A stretch of 39,576 nucleotides of DNA. Source: Chlamydiales bacterium. Its GTDB lineage: Bacteria; Chlamydiota; Chlamydiia; Chlamydiales; JAAKFR01. The stretch covers positions 1 to 39,576 of the forward strand of contig JBAPRV010000018.1 of the NCBI GenBank assembly GCA_049281295.1, in the 5' to 3' direction. Numbering within the stretch: position 1 is the stretch's first letter; each line of letters begins with the position of its first letter. The position numbers and the translations under genes are program-made. Positions 1-9,603 of this stretch are shown here, piece after piece. Under the pieces are notes generated by a model. It did no database searches. It had not been told where the DNA came from and saw nothing but the letters and a program-made list of their open reading frames with translations.

Positions 1-705
1 GTCTTAATATCTCTTGGAGCAACCTCAGTTAGCAATAGCTATCAGATAGGTGCACGCTTATCAAATGGAGTACAAGCTCTTCAAATGTTTGACCCGAATC
101 AAAAGAAAGGAGTTCTTAGGAACAGAGCTATTCACACTTTGAATGAAGAGAAATCATGTAAAGCTGTTGTTCTTAAAGGTTATACTGTTGATCGATCAAC
201 ACAACTAGACCTACCGTCTCCTTTTTCTGAATTTCTGTATGAAAAATGTGATACTAGATTTTATGAACCAAAAAATTCGACACAGCTTTGTGAAGCTTTG
301 AATCGTGCCAAGCATTTTGATGGTCCTATTGATGTACTTGCGTTGGAAGGGCATGCAAACAATGAAGCTCTTATGCTAGATCTTACTTACAACTTTAAAG
401 CAGGAGCGCAGGAGATGGAATGTATGAGAAATACTCTTGCTTCCGATGCCCAGGTCTTTTTATTAGGATGCAATACAGCAACCCCTCTTAAAAAGGGGGG
501 ACAAACTTTAACCGAAAGAGTATCAGATACTCTTGAAGGGAGGGAAATTAATGGATTTGCTGCCTACTACTCGACATGGTCTACTACAACTGGTTTTTCA
601 AAAGGACGTTTTCACCACGACAATCACCTTGTATCGGATATGTACAATGACGATGAAAGACATTTTTCGACAGTGACCATAATAACCAAACCAGTTTCTG
701 GTTGA
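1..705 (+). CDS. Hypothetical protein, 5'-partial (frame open to window edge). DUF4347-like His/Cys module.
   Basis: The frame of the 85..705 ORF has no stop back to nt 1. The pattern 'IDVLALEGHANNEALMLD ... DAQVFLLGCNTA ... GREINGFAAY' matches my recollection of the DUF4347 layout (SHG..G.L.LG / LLYGCNVA / ...VAAS). Confidence 0.6.
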   Translation, partial: VLISLGATSVSNSYQIGARLSNGVQALQMFDPNQKKGVLRNRAIHTLNEEKSCKAVVLKGYTVDRSTQLDLPSPFSEFLYEKCDTRFYEPKNSTQLCEALNRAKHFDGPIDVLALEGHANNEALMLDLTYNFKAGAQEMECMRNTLASDAQVFLLGCNTATPLKKGGQTLTERVSDTLEGREINGFAAYYSTWSTTTGFSKGRFHHDNHLVSDMYNDDERHFSTVTIITKPVSG

Positions 706-721
706 TATAGCAGATTAAAGT

Positions 722-2224
722 TCAAGCCGAATATATTTTGAAGACTTGTGGCAAGTGCTTTGTAATGTCCGTTGCCGTCATACAATAAGAAGTTAGCTCT
801 TCTGCTGCATATTCTCCTGCAATGGCATGTAGTTGAACTCCAAAAAGAGCTGCTTTAAAAGGGTCATGTATTTGGGCGAAAAAAGCAGCTATCACGCCTG
901 TCAGCACATCCCCACTTCCGGCTGTGGCCATTCCGGGGTCTCCTCTTGCACACACGTGAGGAGTTATGCCGGGATGAAAAACAAAAGTAGGGGCCCCTTT
1001 AAGCACAAGAGTAACTCCATTCTGCTCAGAAAAGTCATGACTCCGCCTTAGCAATTCTTTAAAAGGTATCTCCCCCTCAACTCCAAGGAGTCTTTTCATC
1101 TCTCCCTGCTGGGGAGTCAAAATGGTATTGGGGGGAAAGGGAACAGGATTTTGAGCCAAAAGAGTCAAAGCATCCGCATCAATAACGGCAGGGCGGTCAA
1201 TGTTTGCTAGAATTTTTTTCAATAACTTCAACGTTGCGCTAGAAGTCCCAACGCCCGGTCCAATAAAGAGAGCTGAAGCCCGTTCCATAGCCATTAAAAT
1301 CGTTTTGAAATCTCCTTCACGATACCCTTGTCGGATGACTTCATGAGCAGCTGCCGACAACTGAGCCCCCATGCCCTCCGGATGAAGAAGCCGCACGATA
1401 CCTGCTCCCGACCTGAGAGCGGCTTCAGCAGCCATAAGAGGTGCACCGGGCATCCCGGCAGATCCTCCCAATCCAACTACATAGCCTGCTTGATATTTAT
1501 GGCGATTTCGGACGATTGGAGGGAAGTTCCGATGGATCATAGGATCGTCAATGAGGATAAAATCTTCTTTGGCCTCTTCGATAAAGGCTGGATCGAGGCC
1601 AAAGTCAAAGAGGTGTATTTTTCCAACCCAGTTCCAAGCTTCATCCAAAAAGCAACCTGTTTTGGGAAGGCCTAAAAAAAGAGTCTCTTTTGCATGAATC
1701 GGGGATCCGGTAAACTCTCCTGTATTTCCGTTAATCCCTGAGGGTATATCGACAGAGAGTATGGGAAGGCGGGAGGAGTTAGCTGCTTCTATAAGGGTGT
1801 GAAACACCCCCCTAGCCTCTCCCTGAAACCCTGTCCCAAAGATCCCATCGACTAATAGCTGAGAATCTTTAAAGGAAATAGACTCCTCGTTTTCAATATA
1901 TTCGATTATCCCTCCCGCTTTTACAAATCGCTTACTTTGAAGTTGACATAGAGGGCTGCTCTCCTCCAGCGGAGCTAAAGCTAATGCAGTAACCTGAAAT
2001 CCCCCTTGACGCAAAATGGAACCGGCCACATAAGCATCTCCCGCATTGTTCCCTTTTCCACAAAGAAGATGAATTTTAGGCTCGAGATGATATCGGGCAA
2101 TCATACTCTGTACCAGCTCAGCCACTCCGTTTCCTGCACGATCCATAAATTCTTTTTCAGAAGCACCTTGCTGATAGGCCATCTGCTCAATCCGCGCCAT
2201 CTCGCTTGCTTTGACGATTTTCAT
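722..2224 (-). CDS. nnr: Bifunctional NAD(P)H-hydrate repair enzyme (epimerase / ADP-dependent dehydratase, YjeF family)
   Basis: N-terminal YjeF_N motifs (LLCGKGNNAGDAYVAG) and C-terminal carbohydrate-kinase motifs (GGSAGMPGAPLMAA, VIDADAL, GDPGMATAGSGDVLTG). The ATG at 2224 (MKIVKASE...) is preferred over 2266 because it avoids overlap with the mreC 3' end. Confidence 0.9.
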   Translation of the reverse strand: MKIVKASEMARIEQMAYQQGASEKEFMDRAGNGVAELVQSMIARYHLEPKIHLLCGKGNNAGDAYVAGSILRQGGFQVTALALAPLEESSPLCQLQSKRFVKAGGIIEYIENEESISFKDSQLLVDGIFGTGFQGEARGVFHTLIEAANSSRLPILSVDIPSGINGNTGEFTGSPIHAKETLFLGLPKTGCFLDEAWNWVGKIHLFDFGLDPAFIEEAKEDFILIDDPMIHRNFPPIVRNRHKYQAGYVVGLGGSAGMPGAPLMAAEAALRSGAGIVRLLHPEGMGAQLSAAAHEVIRQGYREGDFKTILMAMERASALFIGPGVGTSSATLKLLKKILANIDRPAVIDADALTLLAQNPVPFPPNTILTPQQGEMKRLLGVEGEIPFKELLRRSHDFSEQNGVTLVLKGAPTFVFHPGITPHVCARGDPGMATAGSGDVLTGVIAAFFAQIHDPFKAALFGVQLHAIAGEYAAEELTSYCMTATDITKHLPQVFKIYSA

Positions 2225-2231
2225 ATTTTTA

Positions 2232-3266
2232 TCACTTCCATTGGTTAAGCTGATCAGCCGGATCATAACCTAAAGGAGGAATGACGAAAACAGTTTGTAG
2301 GGTATCCAGATTTCCAACCAGAGGAGTCGCTTCGATCTCATAGGTATACGCTCCCTCTTGCAAGGGCAAAACTTTTGAAACTTCAGCTACTCTAAGCCCT
2401 TGAGGAAACACTCCATCCATTCCTGTTGTGACTAAGAGATCTCCTACTTTTATGAGTGGCATAGGAAGGAGACTGGATTCTGAATCTAAAGGCTTGCCCG
2501 AAGCCAACTCACGCCCCGGCCCCTCCTTATCCGAAAAGTCATAATTAAAACCAACCCCTCGCAAGGTGTGATTCACACTTCGCCAAAAAGGGGTTCCTCC
2601 TCCCTGCAATATCCCTTTGGCTAACAACCTATCCTCCTTTTCTTCGGAAAGAAAGGCTTGCAGACTCTCCAAATGCGAGACCCAATCTCTATATGTATCT
2701 TCATACTCTCTTAGATAGCGCAAAATAGGCTGAAGATGTTCCCTTAAAACTTTTTTTTGGTGATATCCACGCAGTACACGCACAGAAGGCTTAAGAGCAA
2801 CGTCTGTAATCAGCCGCACTCGAGACTGTCTTTTCCCCACAAAATCAATGGCTCCAACAACAGCTTTGCCGACAATCACAGGGCTATTTTTAGCCACCAC
2901 ACACTGCCCTAGAACTTTATTATCCTCTTCTCCAACATCGATCCAGACCGAACTGGTCCAACTTTCAGGGTCACGATAAATAATTTCAGCAGGGAGTATT
3001 ATTGCAGCATCGGTCTGACGCTTTTGTTCTAAAAGTGCATGCAATTTTGCAATTTCTATCCGCAGAAGATGATTTTCTCCCTCTAATCTATGAACCTGCT
3101 CATCTTCTTTTTTTCCCAGCAGATTATTCACTGTTTTCCAGGAAGGAGAGAAAAGAGCTATCAACTTGATCCGCACATTTTCTATGAGAAAGGTAGGGAG
3201 GCTTACGAGTAGAAAGATAAAAGCGGCTAAAAAGAGATATTTTCTATAAAAAACATACTTGCGCAT
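2232..3266 (-). CDS. mreC: Rod shape-determining protein MreC
   Basis: N-terminal TM helix, coiled coil (LLRIEIAKLHALLEQ) and C-terminal beta domain (GDLLVTTGMDGVFPQGLRVAEV). Confidence 0.85.
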   Translation of the reverse strand: MRKYVFYRKYLFLAAFIFLLVSLPTFLIENVRIKLIALFSPSWKTVNNLLGKKEDEQVHRLEGENHLLRIEIAKLHALLEQKRQTDAAIILPAEIIYRDPESWTSSVWIDVGEEDNKVLGQCVVAKNSPVIVGKAVVGAIDFVGKRQSRVRLITDVALKPSVRVLRGYHQKKVLREHLQPILRYLREYEDTYRDWVSHLESLQAFLSEEKEDRLLAKGILQGGGTPFWRSVNHTLRGVGFNYDFSDKEGPGRELASGKPLDSESSLLPMPLIKVGDLLVTTGMDGVFPQGLRVAEVSKVLPLQEGAYTYEIEATPLVGNLDTLQTVFVIPPLGYDPADQLNQWK

Positions 3267-3276
3267 GTAGAATGAC

Positions 3277-4467
3277 TCATTCTATAACAGCTGCGATAGC
3301 TTCTGCAACATAACCGATATTTTCAGTATTTAATCCAGCTACATTGATCCTGCTATCGCGAGTCATATAAATACCATACTCGGCAATAAGTTGATCAACT
3401 TGATTTCCATTCAAGCCTAGATAGGAAAACATCCCTTTTTGATGCGCTAAAAACTCAAAAGAGTGTTTAGTGACCTTCGATTGTAATTCCGCCATCAACG
3501 CTTTTCGCATCTCTGAAATGCGATCTCGCATGGTGATTAACTCATGCACCCAATGCTCTTTTAGCTCGGGGTTTTCCAAGATCAAATTTACGATTCTAGC
3601 CCCATGGCAAGGAGGATTCGAATAGATCCCTCTTATAATCTCCTTGAGATTAGAGAGGATCGGGTCTACTTTCTCAGAATCGTTCACTACAAAGAACAAG
3701 GCGCCTGTTCTTTCGGCATAGAGCCCGAAATTTTTTGAATAAGAGACGGCGACAGCAAACTGAAGCCCCTCTTGTTGGCCGAAATAACGGATCACGGAGA
3801 CATCTTTTTCAAGATCTTCCCCAAACCCCTGATAAGCAAGATCAAAAAAAACAAAGAGTTCCTTGGCACGCACCCATTTACAAATCTCTTGCCATTGTTC
3901 AAAGGTAGGGTCGAACCCTGTAGGATTATGGCAGCTCGGCTGCAATAGCAAAACCGTCTTAGGAGGCAGATTCTGTATTTCATTGCTAAATGACTCAAAA
4001 TCAAAACAAAGCCCTTTAACATCAAGATAAGAATGAGTTTTAACCTCAAACCCTGCTTGCTTGAAGATACGAGGATGATTCCCCCATGTGGGCACGGAAA
4101 TAGACACTGTTGAGCACCCTTGCTGCTTGAGAAATATTGCCCCCACTCTTAGAGCACCGGTGCCTCCAACAGATTGAACGCTAACAACATGATCTGAGGA
4201 GACTGAAGAACCGAAAATGAGTTCTTTAGACGCTTGAAGATACTTTTTGAACCCCTCTATGGGAAGGTAATCTTTGCTGGTTTCACGCTCCAGGAGCAGT
4301 GCTTCCGCTTTTTTTACGCTACTTAATATGAGAGGCTCTAAATCAATTGTTTTGTAAGCCCCCACGCCAAGATTCACTTTATTTTCTCGCTTATCTGCCG
4401 CAAAAGCACGGGTCAAATCCAAGATAGGGTCGGCAGGAGCAGGTTTAACGTTTTTAAAAAAGGCCAT
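3277..4467 (-). CDS. aspC: Aspartate/aromatic aminotransferase, class I
   Basis: PLP-lysine motif SKNFGLYAERTGAL, plus HNPTG and GVGAYK motifs typical of the AspC/TyrB family. Confidence 0.9.
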   Translation of the reverse strand: MAFFKNVKPAPADPILDLTRAFAADKRENKVNLGVGAYKTIDLEPLILSSVKKAEALLLERETSKDYLPIEGFKKYLQASKELIFGSSVSSDHVVSVQSVGGTGALRVGAIFLKQQGCSTVSISVPTWGNHPRIFKQAGFEVKTHSYLDVKGLCFDFESFSNEIQNLPPKTVLLLQPSCHNPTGFDPTFEQWQEICKWVRAKELFVFFDLAYQGFGEDLEKDVSVIRYFGQQEGLQFAVAVSYSKNFGLYAERTGALFFVVNDSEKVDPILSNLKEIIRGIYSNPPCHGARIVNLILENPELKEHWVHELITMRDRISEMRKALMAELQSKVTKHSFEFLAHQKGMFSYLGLNGNQVDQLIAEYGIYMTRDSRINVAGLNTENIGYVAEAIAAVIE

Positions 4468-4533
4468 AGATCTTCGTATAGAAAAACACTAGTTTGACAG
4501 ATTTTTGAATTCCTGCAAAGCCTCTAACGTATT

Positions 4534-5772
4534 TTATGCCGTTGTTTTAGATTGTTGGGGCAGCTGTTCTTCAGCTTTAGAGAGGTCTTTATCAACAGAT
4601 ATCGTGATACAGGCATCCGACCAAACATTAAGAGTTGTTTCGATCATGTCAAGCAAAGTGTAGAAAGGCAAAATCAACCCCATCATATAAAGAGGGACAT
4701 TCATACCGATTAAAAAGGCGCTTGTTAAAAAGAAGCACCCCATAGGAACCCCTGCATTTCCAATGGCTGCAAGAGTAGAGAGAAATATCCATCCTATCAA
4801 ATCAAAAGCACTAAACGTGATTCCATGAACAGTAGAAACAAACAAAACGGTAATTAATATAAAAGCAGCACATCCGTTCATGTTAACAACCGAACAAAGC
4901 GGAAAGGTAAAGCTTGAGATTCGTTTCGATATTCCAAGGTTATTTTCGGCCGATTTGAGCGTTACGGGGAGGGCTGCATTCGAGGACTTAGTGAAAAAGG
5001 CAACCATCAAAGCGGGGAGCATTCCGCGAAAGCTTTTCCAGGGAGAAATCTTCTTAAATTTTAAGATTAAGGGTAAAACAACTACCCCTTGAAAAACATT
5101 AGCTCCCAAAATACATAAGATATAGAGCATGAGACGACTAAAATGCTCATGGTTTTGCCGAAGATCCGTTATGAGAAGAGTCATGAAAGCCCAAATAGCT
5201 ATTCGCATTAAGTAAATGGCAAAACCGGTCACTTTAATAGTTGCTTCGAACAGACTTGAAAACAGTTGATTGAGAAAGGTTTTTTGCTTCTCAGGCAAAA
5301 AAAGTGTGGCGACGCTTAAAAGAAGGGCAATAAACACAATGCCAATCACATTGCCTTCGGTAAAGGCTTCAAAAAAGTTAGAGGGGATGATATTGCGAAC
5401 AAAGGAAATATACGAAGCTTGCCTGGGCGCTTCCACAAAGGCAGACTCTTCAATAGCCAATGGGGCTTTAACAGGATCAACCAATAGATAAATACATAGA
5501 GCGACGATAGCAGCCACCAAAGTGGTGCCTAAGGTATAGAGCAGAATTTTACGCCCAAGCCGCCTCATCTCTTGAATATCTTTCATCCCGGAAATAGTCG
5601 ATGTAATCGCCAGAAAGATAACCGGAAGACTGATCAACTTTAAAAGACGTAAAAAAAGATCGGAAACAACTTCTGCTGTTTTATTTAAAAAAGGAACATC
5701 AGCCCACCCGGTGAGCAATCCCAACCCTATTGCAAGAAGGAGAAAAAAATTTCCCAAAAAACGTTTATTCAT
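4534..5772 (-). CDS. Dicarboxylate/amino acid:cation symporter (DAACS, GltP/GltT family)
   Basis: Multi-TM protein with the AIGNAGVPMG-type motif. Start moved to the ATG at 5772 (MNKRFLGNFF...) because the longer ORF runs through tRNA-Ala. Confidence 0.85.
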   Translation of the reverse strand: MNKRFLGNFFLLLAIGLGLLTGWADVPFLNKTAEVVSDLFLRLLKLISLPVIFLAITSTISGMKDIQEMRRLGRKILLYTLGTTLVAAIVALCIYLLVDPVKAPLAIEESAFVEAPRQASYISFVRNIIPSNFFEAFTEGNVIGIVFIALLLSVATLFLPEKQKTFLNQLFSSLFEATIKVTGFAIYLMRIAIWAFMTLLITDLRQNHEHFSRLMLYILCILGANVFQGVVVLPLILKFKKISPWKSFRGMLPALMVAFFTKSSNAALPVTLKSAENNLGISKRISSFTFPLCSVVNMNGCAAFILITVLFVSTVHGITFSAFDLIGWIFLSTLAAIGNAGVPMGCFFLTSAFLIGMNVPLYMMGLILPFYTLLDMIETTLNVWSDACITISVDKDLSKAEEQLPQQSKTTA

Positions 5773-5862
5773 AAAATATCCTGATATTGCCTTATTATAA
5801 CTGATTGCTTTTTTAATAAAAAATAGAATAAGGAAAGAATAATTGAGAAAAAAAGAGAAGTG

Positions 5863-5935
5863 TGGAGCGTAACGGAATCGAACCGTTGACCTCAACAATG
5901 CCATTGTTGCGCTCTACCAACTGAGCTAACGCCCC
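5863..5935 (-). tRNA. tRNA-Ala (anticodon GGC)
   Basis: Hand-folded 73-nt cloverleaf: acceptor GGGGCGT/ACGCTCC with the G3:U70 Ala identity pair, anticodon loop AUGGCAU, T-loop TTCGATT, discriminator A. CCA is not encoded. Confidence 0.9.
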
Positions 5936-5986
5936 ATAAGGAGATAGGAGGATACTATTTTCGCTGCTTTTAGAACAAGAATGCGC

Positions 5987-6169
5987 TTATTTTGATCGAT
6001 CTAAAAATATTTTTATAGCTTCTATCAACTTTTGGTTGTTTTGGGCGCGGCTCCCATATAAGCGGGCTGAAAACAGGGCGATAGCCTCTAAAACATCCTG
6101 GATCAGCTCCTCTTCAAAAAAAATTTCCTCTTCTCCTTGATTTAAGATCACGACCTCTAACAGATTTTT
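5987..6169 (-). pseudogene. C-terminal remnant of a serine recombinase (IS607-type transposase/resolvase-like)
   Basis: A start-less open frame reads KNLLEVVILNQGEEEIFFEEELIQDVLEAIALFSARLYGSRAQNNQKLIEAIKIFLDRSK*. It resembles the conserved C-terminus (..EEELveD.l.i...Fs.rLYG.Rs.k.kk..) of IS607-family serine recombinases. Confidence 0.5.
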
Positions 6170-6361
6170 TCAAAATATTTATTGTTTTTATATCTATCTC
6201 CTAGAGGCGAAAGAGGCCATTCTCCGCTCAAAGAGCCGTAAACATCCGACGCAAGTTAAATTTATTAAATCATAAAGAAATATTTAATATTTTTTAATTT
6301 ACTTTTTTTTAAAATTTAAGTACAATAATATATAAAGACTTAAATAATTTGGTATAATATC

Positions 6362-9300
6362 ATGTTTAACAACAGAGTAAATAACAACCCAGTCCCTGCA
6401 GCTGGATCTGCTAACCCACCCAAAGGTGATTGTAACGCTATAAGAGGGTTTGGAAAGGCCATTTGGGAAATGTTAAGCAGACTGGGAGCGCTTCTAGCTG
6501 AAGCCTGGAGCTCTTCTCGTTCACTATTAAGGCATCTAAGACCCATCAAGGCCGACGAGCCGAATAACCGTGTTGCCACCGCTGCAAGTAGGGCCTTGAA
6601 TACTACCACTACCGGGGTCTCAAGCGCGGACAGAGAAACCAAGCCAGAGAAAAATTCCGATCGTGTTGCTACTGCTGTCACTGAAATCTTTCCTCCTGCA
6701 GGCGAAAAACCTGTTCAACAGGGAAATCAAACCTCTTCCATCACTAGAGCCACTGCGCAGGTTGAGCTCTTACCTACTGTGTCTTTAAACGTTGCTCAAA
6801 TAGCCCATGGTGATGATGGAAAGGTAAGCGCTCACAATGCCTTGCCCAAGGAAAGCCGAAAAATCGATCCAACAACAGCTCTTCGTGAGGCTGTCATAAA
6901 CAAGAATTCAGGAGCCTTGCAAAGGTTGATCGATGAGGGATATGACGTAACTGCAAAAGATGATCAGGGACGAACACTTCTTCATCTGGCTGCTTTACAT
7001 GATAATGCAGAGGCAATTCACATACTGGCCCCCTTAAGATCTTGGGGTTTCTTTTCAAGGATCGATCTGGATTCTAGAGACATCAATGGGAATACACCCC
7101 TTCATGAAGCTGTGAAAAATGAAAAAACATCGGCAATAAAAGCTCTTTTAAAGAATGGAGCTAATGCGGTTGCTAAAGACAGCAATTGGGAAACACCCCT
7201 TCATGTTGCTGTTAGATGTAAAAATAAAGATGCGATTGATTTGCTGATCCATCATTGGAGCTATGCAAACCTTTACCCTCTAAACAAAATAAATAAAAAG
7301 GAGGAGACCCCTCTTATTTTGGCGACTCAGGATTGCTTGAATGATCCGGCAGCAGACACATCAATAATACAACAATTGATGAATGGAATGAAATTTAGCA
7401 GAGCAAGCGGTAATCGTGGTGATAACAAGGGAGTCACACCCCTTCATTTAGTTATTAAAACAGGTGGGGATTTAGTTAAAAATGGAAACTTACAAGCAGA
7501 AAAGTTAGAAGAAATAATAGATCTACTTATCGAAGGGAAAGCTAATGAACCTGAAAAGGTATTAGAAAAAAAATCGGAATTAGAAAAAAGTGAAGAAATA
7601 ATAGATCTACTTATCAACAGTAGAAACAGTATATTAAACGCACAAGATAACCAGGGACTAACTCCGCTTCATTGGGCCATTAAGAACAATCATCCCGAGT
7701 TAATAAAGGCATTAATTAATAGAGATGCCGACCTCACCATCAAAGACTACCATGAGCAGCAATCCCCCCTTCATTTTGCCGTTCTGCAAGAACAAAAAGA
7801 AACGATAGATGCGCTCCTTAAATCAAGAAATTTGTATGGCTTTAAAAAAGTTGATATTGATGACAGAGATTTTAAAGGAGACACAGCTCTTCATTTAGCT
7901 GCTGAGAAAGGAAAGGTAGACATATTAAAGGCTCTGCTTCTTCATAAGCCCGACATAAATGCTAAAAATAATTCAGGAGAAACACCTCTTCTTGTAGCTA
8001 TCAGGAAGGGGAATTCAGAAGTAGTCAAGATATTGCTCAACCATAAAGCCAATATCTCAGCTGCAGATAAACATGGAGAGACTCCATTTACTGAATTTAT
8101 TAAGCGAAAAGAAGAAAAAATAATTGAGGATCTCCTAGAAAATATTAATGTGAACCAAGTTAAAGATGAGTCGGGACGAACACTTCTTCATCAGGCTGCA
8201 CAGCTTGGAAATCTAAAAACCATGTCTTTACTGATTCAAAATAAATCCAAATTGAATATTACAGACAATAAAAACCAAACTCCTCTTTTCGTAGCTATTG
8301 ATAATAATAAACTAGAAGCCGTAGATCTATTGATTCGCCATGGAGTGAGTGTAAATGCTACAAATCAGGACAGAGAGACACCTCTTCATAGAGCCATTGA
8401 GTTAAAAAATGCACCATTAATAGAACTTTTGATCCAAAGAGGTGCTAATCCGTTTGCCAAAACTACCTTTAAAAAGGGAATTCTTCATTTAGCTGCTGAG
8501 AAAGGACTAAAAGAGGTAGTAGAGAGTGCAATCAGAAATTCGCCAATTCCACTATATCGGAATTTCCTGGCTAATCCAAACAGCAAAGATAGCGAAGGAC
8601 TAACACCTGTTCATATTGCTGCTCGGGAAGGAGATAGTGATTTTTTAGACGAACTGTGTCAGTTAAAATCTTGGATTCCTCTGTTTCGACTTAATCTGAA
8701 CGCTGAAGATAATAAAGGGCAGAGCCCCTTACATCATGCTGCCATGAAAGGGAACACTGCCATAATAGACAAATTAATCAATATAACTTCTTGGCTTCCA
8801 TTCTATTATGCCGTTAATCCGAATGCTCAAGACCTCGATGGGAAAACACCTCTTCACACAGCTGTTCAGAATGGACAATCAAACGCAGTCAGCACGATCG
8901 TCAAGATCAGCAATAGAGCAATTTCTTCCTATAACAACGTCAATCTAAATGCAAAAGATAAGAACCAGGAGACACCTCTTCATATAGCTGTTATCAAAAA
9001 TGACAAGGAAATAGCAGAAATATTATATCTCCACAAAGCTGATATAAACGCTAAAAACAAAAAGGGGGAGACCCCTCTTCATCTTGCTATTGGAAATTCG
9101 TCGGTATTGGATTTTCTACTCAGTATTAGAAGAATAGATCTAAATGCACAAAATAAGGATGGAGAGACGCCTCTTTATATGGCTGCTAAAAAAGACGATG
9201 TAGCAGCTCTACAAAAGTTACTTCAGAATGGGGCTAGTCCAAATATTAAAAATAAAGAGGGGAGAGCTCCATTACATGAAGCAGCAAAAAATGGAAGCAT

Positions 9301-9526
9301 TCTAGCTGTAGACGCTCTTCTAGCTTATAATGCTAACATAAATGAAATAGCTGGGAATGGAAATACCCCACTACATGAAGCAGCAGGGAAAAAGTACAAA
9401 AATGTAATGGATAGGCTGCTGAACCAGCGGCGTGGGATGCTGAGCATGCGCCCCTGGCAACGTATAGCCGACCCAGGTATTTTGAATCATAATGGACAGA
9501 CTGCCCAACAATTATATGATGCCTAA
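6362..9526 (+). CDS. Large ankyrin-repeat protein, about 22 ANK repeats (candidate secreted effector)
   Basis: I count about 22 repeat cores of the G.TPLH.A...G-type (e.g. NTPLHEAVKN, ETPLHVAVRC, LTPLHWAIKN). The N-terminal ~190 aa are non-repetitive and Ser/Thr/Ala/Pro-rich. Confidence 0.9.
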   Translation: MFNNRVNNNPVPAAGSANPPKGDCNAIRGFGKAIWEMLSRLGALLAEAWSSSRSLLRHLRPIKADEPNNRVATAASRALNTTTTGVSSADRETKPEKNSDRVATAVTEIFPPAGEKPVQQGNQTSSITRATAQVELLPTVSLNVAQIAHGDDGKVSAHNALPKESRKIDPTTALREAVINKNSGALQRLIDEGYDVTAKDDQGRTLLHLAALHDNAEAIHILAPLRSWGFFSRIDLDSRDINGNTPLHEAVKNEKTSAIKALLKNGANAVAKDSNWETPLHVAVRCKNKDAIDLLIHHWSYANLYPLNKINKKEETPLILATQDCLNDPAADTSIIQQLMNGMKFSRASGNRGDNKGVTPLHLVIKTGGDLVKNGNLQAEKLEEIIDLLIEGKANEPEKVLEKKSELEKSEEIIDLLINSRNSILNAQDNQGLTPLHWAIKNNHPELIKALINRDADLTIKDYHEQQSPLHFAVLQEQKETIDALLKSRNLYGFKKVDIDDRDFKGDTALHLAAEKGKVDILKALLLHKPDINAKNNSGETPLLVAIRKGNSEVVKILLNHKANISAADKHGETPFTEFIKRKEEKIIEDLLENINVNQVKDESGRTLLHQAAQLGNLKTMSLLIQNKSKLNITDNKNQTPLFVAIDNNKLEAVDLLIRHGVSVNATNQDRETPLHRAIELKNAPLIELLIQRGANPFAKTTFKKGILHLAAEKGLKEVVESAIRNSPIPLYRNFLANPNSKDSEGLTPVHIAAREGDSDFLDELCQLKSWIPLFRLNLNAEDNKGQSPLHHAAMKGNTAIIDKLINITSWLPFYYAVNPNAQDLDGKTPLHTAVQNGQSNAVSTIVKISNRAISSYNNVNLNAKDKNQETPLHIAVIKNDKEIAEILYLHKADINAKNKKGETPLHLAIGNSSVLDFLLSIRRIDLNAQNKDGETPLYMAAKKDDVAALQKLLQNGASPNIKNKEGRAPLHEAAKNGSILAVDALLAYNANINEIAGNGNTPLHEAAGKKYKNVMDRLLNQRRGMLSMRPWQRIADPGILNHNGQTAQQLYDA

Positions 9527-9603
9527 ACCTCTTTATAAAAGAGAGAGTTGACAGCCATGTATAAAATCACGTATTTCAATTTGAAAAAGAAATAAGTGAT
9601 GAA

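Noticed and set aside
5773-5904. N-terminal 44-codon extension of the transporter ORF (4534..5904)
   Set aside because: It runs straight through the well-folded tRNA-Ala (5863..5935). The ATG at 5772 begins a typical membrane-protein N-terminus (MNKRFLGNFFLLLAIGL).
6350-6358. Extended -10 element TGGTATAAT just before the ankyrin ATG
   Set aside because: It ends only 3 nt before the ATG at 6362, too close to serve that start codon. This means either the promoter is elsewhere in the AT-rich 6180-6340 region or the true start is downstream. I cannot decide from sequence.
6340-6681. 113-aa antisense ORF at the 5' end of the ankyrin gene. Similar antisense ORFs lie inside nnr (833..1051, 1294..1476, 1328..1675, 2006..2248), aspC (3792..4049), uvrB (14638..15921 set), trpS, tyrP (17561..18502 set), recA (33189..33777) and others.
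   Set aside because: All lie wholly inside strongly supported genes on the opposite strand or in another frame. They have no RBS and their composition is typical of shadow ORFs.
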